Shown here in pieces: positions 48,376 to 64,000 of a stretch of 64,000 bases of DNA (its first letter is position 1; each line of letters starts with the position of its first letter). The notes under the pieces are model-generated. The model was not told the origin of the DNA, did no database searches, and saw only the letters and a program-made list of their open reading frames with translations. This DNA is from Zygnema circumcarinatum SAG 698-1b (taxonomy: Eukaryota; Plantae; Zygnematophyceae), in assembly GCA_037447605.1 (NCBI GenBank), contig CM074814.1, positions 2,790,001 through 2,854,000 of the forward strand. Direction: 5' to 3'. A program made the translations under genes and the position numbers.

Positions 48376-51300
48376 ATGATCTCGATAAAGTTAACCTTAT
48401 CGCCTTTACCTGCGCGGCTTCGACCTCGGGGGAAATGTTATGAAGAAGCTTCCCATGGCTCGAGCTTTAAAAGGGACCAATCAAGCAGTCCCATTACACG
48501 TGTGAAGCTGCGCTGCCCTTTGCGATACAAGGAGGCCCAATTTCGTCTTAATTCGGTGCGGCCTCGGGTGTGTCCATGCCACACCGTTCCGTTTTTCATT
48601 ATCCCCCACGTTATAAGGTCGAGCTCTGCAGGAAATGGCAGTTCTGTCGTTGAACTGAATGGGGTCCAACGGAACGGAGTTCACGTAAGTGGAGTTTTGG
48701 CCACAGCATTTCTTGAGCCTGTTGAAGTGAGGTATCCCAACGGAACGGCAACAGTGGCATCAGCAGAGAACGGCGGTGAGGAGAATAACCACATCAAGAA
48801 TGATGGGGATAACGACTTAGCAGGAGGGGGAGGTAGTGTCATCGAACAGGGAAGTTTGTCAAAGGTTGGGGATGTTTTGTCAGCCAAGGAAGTGGAGAGG
48901 AGGAGTAAGATTAGTGTAGCCAACTCCGGGCGAGTTCCATGGAACAAGGGGCGCAAATGGAGTCCCGGTAAGCATTTGTGTTTTGGTAACCCTGTCCAGT
49001 GATGATTGCTGTTTAAGATGCACACTCCCCCTTATCTCCCCTTTCCTCCCCTCTCCCCCTCCCCCTCCCCCTCCCCCTCCCCTCCCCTCCCCCACCCTCC
49101 CTCCCCCTCCCTCCCCCTCCCGCCTCTCCCTCCCGCCCCTCCCTCCCGCCCTTCATCCACCATTGGGCAAAAAATTCGTGGGAATTTGTACGAGGGCTGT
49201 TACGTCCGTTGTTTGGGCATTGCGGAGAGAAACTGTGAGAGGAGTCCATTCTATGCACGCGTGCCGTAAACATGAGTCATGGAGTCTCCACTCTCGGTCT
49301 TCCTACTCTGCCCCCCTTTCTCCTTTCTCTCGCTGCTCTCTTCAAACTCCTTTTCTCGTCTTTCTTTCTCTCTCCTTACCTCCCCTTTCCCGCCCCGCTC
49401 CTCCTATATTCCTTTAGTGAGAGTGTGCGAAATTCGCGTTCGCCTTGTTCTTTTCCTTCTTAGAATGGGGACATAGTTGTGCTTTTTTTGGTGATTGAAC
49501 CATCTTCTGATGTGGATGCATTGTACAATGCATCTTGTGGGAGCAGAAATGAGAGCAAAAATCAAGGAGAGAACGTTGACAGTTATGAACGACCCCGAGG
49601 TTAGTGAGTGGAGGAATCATATTGACTGGATAGAAATGATTGAATAAAAAAAAAAAAAAAAAAGCTGGTTGTGATGAACATCCACTTGCAGGAGATAATG
49701 TTTTGGGTTGGTGTCTGACCTTCTGCCTATGAAGGGGGTTAGGGTTTCAAAATTCTCAAACCAACTAATGACTTTCTTCTTGCCATTATTTTCCTCGCCA
49801 ACAATTTTGTGAAGCCTTGGACCATTGCTGACATTCGAACATGAGTGGCTCTGCAGATGAGAGAAAAACTCCGATCTATGAACTACAGCAGACAACGGAA
49901 GTAGGATGCCATGGAACCTCTCCCCTTCTGTAACAGAGGAACACATATTTTACGCTTTCAATTTTACCATTGGTGTTTGTACAGCCTGTTTGATGTGAAG
50001 TTCTGATCTATAGGGTCATAATCAGATTTTAATCCAAACTTAAAATCCTAAAGCCTTAAAACATTTGATTCTAAACCGGGTCATTGTGTGTGAAACTGGC
50101 TTCGTTTTGCATGTAAAGACCTAGTGATGAAGCAAAGGAGAAAATCCGTCAAGCTATGCAACCCCATTTAGAGGCGCGAAGGGCAGCTCAGGCTAACTTT
50201 ATGGTCCTTTCCCGCCTTTGGAAAGCAGCCATAGCCGAACATGCAAGGCTAGGGGGACCCGGAGAGCAGGAGTTGGAGTGGAGAGGGAAAAGGACTATTC
50301 TGCCAGTGAGAGAGCCGGAAATTAGAAGTAATATAGGAGATGATAATAGTCCTCGAAAAATTGTCAAAAGGGCGGCGAGAACTGACGAGCATCGAAAGAA
50401 GATTGCAGATGCAATCAAAGCGAAGTGGGGTGATCCGGTAAGTGCTTAAAGAGATGGTGGAAAGTGGAGAGGGAGGGGAAGAGTGGGATTGATATGTAGC
50501 ACTTTGTTGGACTTTATTGTGGTGGGAACGAGCGAGAGGATGCCCTTTTCCAGTTCCTAGACTCTGTTTTTGTCTTGTTGACATCTCAGTGATATGCCAT
50601 GATATGATGCAACATCACATGACATCGCAAAACATGGGTCTGAATCGCTTTTCCATAATATAACTAGCCAGCACTCATCACCATCAATCAGAGGCAAACT
50701 TAGGACAGTATACAGAAGAGCGTTTGTGCAGCAGGGACTTACCTATTGCGAGTTCTGAAATGTTCTGCAGGAATATCGCGCCAAGGTAGGAGAAGCCATG
50801 ATTAAGGTAGCACAGAATAGGGTCCCACGCACAGTAAAAGAGAGAGGTCCTTCTACTCCGAGGGTGAGAAAGGTGAAGGCAGTAGCGACTCGGAAACCAA
50901 GAAGCACAGCAAAGAGGAAGGTAGCTTCTGATATGGATGCCCAAGCAACCATAGATGAAGAGATAGTAGAAGAGGGGCCTCCTGTAACCCCAGATCCGGA
51001 GTTTTTGGCTGCAGTAATGGGGTCTACAGGGGATGTAGATGTAGGAGAGGGAGAGAGGAAGAAAGTCCTCGTGAAGAGGGTTCAGATTGTGAGTAGGAGA
51101 GGTGGGTCAGAGAGAGTGGGATCAGGGGAGGACGAGAAGAGAGAGAGTGGAGGAGTGACAGCGGAGGAGTTGGACGAGGGGGCAAGGAAAGGCGGTTTGG
51201 GGAATGAGCCTAAAGGAGTAGAGCTGGGAGGTGGAGTGGAGGGAAGTACGCAACAGGGAGGGCTATTGGACCATATCTTTAGGATGCATGAGAAGACACG

Positions 51301-52445
51301 GCTGGTGGAGATGCAGAGGAGAAGACTTGCAGAAAAGGCAAGGTGAGAGAAACGGTCATCGTTATCAAAATAGGATTGTGAAGAATGTCCTTTCAGTTAG
51401 AACATGGTGATGCAGAGCATGGGAGAGCAGTACTGATGGCTATTTCGTCAGTACATCTAATGCTTCGTTTTCTACCAACTTGCCCATAAGCGGTTGCGTT
51501 TACGTTATTGAAAGCATGGATGTTATGTACTTTTCTGGGTTTTTTGGAATATGCAGGATGTTGATGGAAGAAGCAGAGAAAGCAGCCAAAGCCCTTGAAG
51601 CTGCAGCAGAAAACGATGAACATTGCCGAGCTTCTTTGAATGAAGCTCGCCAGCTTCTGAATGAAGCAGCAAAGTCCATAGAAGTGGCGGAAGCAGCCCA
51701 ACGGAAGGTGCTGAACGGAGCCGTTCCGTTAGATCTCCTCATGCATGGAACTCCGTTGCTTGGGAGTAACACAGACAACGGTACTGAACCACCTCATAGA
51801 GCACTCTTCCGTGCAGCAGCCCAAGGAGATGGGACTCCGGAAGAGCAAGCAGCTCGGTTGCAGCTTTTAGCAGAGTGCTTTGGGATGAACCCTTATGAGT
51901 TCAATGGAGGCAAAGTGAAGGACAACTTTGGAGCAGCACATGTAGTCCTTGTGAAGGAGGCTCGGCAGCAGCGGCTAGGGAGGGAGAGCGGGAGGGAGGA
52001 GGCTCAAGGCCTTGCAGAGGTGAGAATGGAATTAGTGGGAGAGAGGGAGGATGGGAAGGTTGCTGCTTCTACATTGGGGCTGAGTGATACCCGTGAAGGT
52101 GATGCTTTAGGGCCTTGTACTGGCCAGACTGTCTTGGAAGAGAGGGAGAGAGCGGAAACTTCAGGTGATGGAGACAATAGGACAGGGAGTAGGGGGCAGG
52201 GAGGAGATGGAGGAGTGCTTTTGAGGGAGGGTACCCATGCTATTTCAAGAGGGGAGAGTGTAAATGGAGCCATTCATGGACTTGTGAGCGAGAGGGAGGA
52301 GTCTCCCGATCCCTCCAGAATAGTAAGCGAGATTGTGGACGAGGCTGCTAAGGACGAGCCCGAGAAGAAATCAAAGGAAGTACGGTATGAGAAAAGATGG
52401 CAGAACGGGAGGCTCGTCCAAGTGAAGGTGGAGGATGCAGGATAG
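48376..52445 (+). CDS. NUMOD3-motif (PWNKG) plastid-type protein, At1g53800-like as recalled
   Basis: Exons 48376-48967, 49547-49599, ~49857-49900, ~50115-50437, ~50771-51342 and ~51557-52445. Motifs RRSKISVANSGRVPWNKGRKWSP, RKKIADAIKAKWGDP, AEKAAKALEAAA and C-terminal KRWQNGRLVQV. The N-terminus is transit-peptide-like. Confidence 0.8.
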
Positions 52446-53584
52446 TTAAAATGCTGCATGTTGAGAGGTCAAAAGGAGTTCCTGCTTAATGGCGGATTCG
52501 GCACTATGGATCCATCCTGTGCAAGGAGTCTAAACGAACAAAGCCTGATGCCGAACTCTTTAGTTCAGTCCTTAACCTCGCAAGGTTAGGGTTTAGGGTT
52601 TAAGGTTTGGGGTTAGGGTTTAACAGCAATCTGATGGTCCGTATGTTGGCAGACTATAGTTGGATATGCAGTGCAAGGTTTGCAAGGCGTGGGGATCTGT
52701 GGACTATATAAAAAGAAAAGGTGTACATTCTTCTTGACCGTAAAAACTAACCCTTTAAACAGTTTCATCAAAGTTTTCATGGTAAAAAATGTTCATGTTA
52801 AACACAATCAGATTGCGCACGGAATTGTGAGGTTTGGCTTCCTTTCGAGTTCAACACTTGGAACTTTTTCCCGTAGTTGTTCTAAATGTTACATTATGTT
52901 CAGTCACGTGACTCAGCATTCACACTGTGGAATGCAGAGGTCCATCGTTCGCTTATCTCGCGTCCATGCCGTCCATCATTAAACCTTTTGGGGACGGCGG
53001 AACCTCGGGGACTTCAATTGTTGCAGAGGAGGACATCATTGTGCGTGAATTGCCAAGTGCGAAGCGTTAAGGACACGTAGGAAGAGGATTAAAGGGGCAC
53101 AGACAGGCCATACTTGTAACGGCAGTCGGTGCCCCTCTTCAGAGCCTCTTCCCTCTTCTTCTTTCAAGCACGAACGGTTGACTCGCACTCTCGCAATAGG
53201 AAATTAGGGTTCGGCTTTCTGCCTCACACCCATCCCCTGACGGCAGCCCCTTAAATGTGGCCCATCCTCAGACCATCCACAGTACGAGGTATGCTCCCAA
53301 GCATGGGTATGGACATGGGTCCTCCGCATGAGAGCCATGGCATGATGAATGCATACATGCATGACATGTCATGGCCATGGCACGGGACACATCCTCACGG
53401 AACTGATTTTTCTAGCAGAGCTAAGGACAAAATTTTCGCCCACGGGCAACCCAAAAAAGATGGGGAAAAAAAAATGTCACGCCAATGTAATTTTGGCATG
53501 GTATACCTTTTAGAGTCGCCGCCCCACATACATCTCTAGATAAAGGATTACCGCCGTCTACAATCGGAGCTTTATGGACTCTCC

Positions 53585-63960
<10,376 letters not shown>

Positions 63961-64000
63961 CTGCAGCATCAATGACCAATTAATCCTGGTAAGCACTTCA

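Overview
This is eukaryotic, intron-rich, gene-dense nuclear DNA with plant-type genes (about 12 genes in 64 kb). It most likely comes from a streptophyte alga or early land plant; that assignment is inference. There are seven 10-N scaffold gaps. Genes were rebuilt by hand from GT-AG splice junctions and family motifs recalled from known proteins; no database search was run. In order they are: two tandem SUB1-like/O-fucosyltransferase-fold genes, a plastid-type PP2C, a UBZ zinc finger plus histidine phosphatase (PGAM family) protein, plastid RPL18, a DRM1/ARP dormancy protein, a UBA2-like double-RRM protein, a conserved protein of unknown function, a stand-alone ZnF-UBP protein, a 2OG-Fe(II) oxygenase, a NUMOD3-type plastid protein, and PRMT5 (5' end outside the window). 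Most ORFs in the supplied track are microsatellite artefacts. Non-coding highlights: (1) a non-autonomous hAT element with 20-bp TIRs and an 8-bp TSD; (2) a foldback-like inverted repeat; (3) several different telomere-like arrays inside introns (CCCTAAA, CCCTAA, CCCCAAAA, CCCTACA), often next to splice sites; (4) a pure (GA)n tract of about 1.14 kb abutting a PRMT5 3' splice site; (5) two near-identical exon-containing duplications that may be assembly artefacts; (6) dense promoter-proximal GTAC and G-box clusters. No single new multi-gene system is demonstrable. The strongest leads are the telomere-variant intron architecture, the UBZ-PGAM fusion and the unknown conserved protein.
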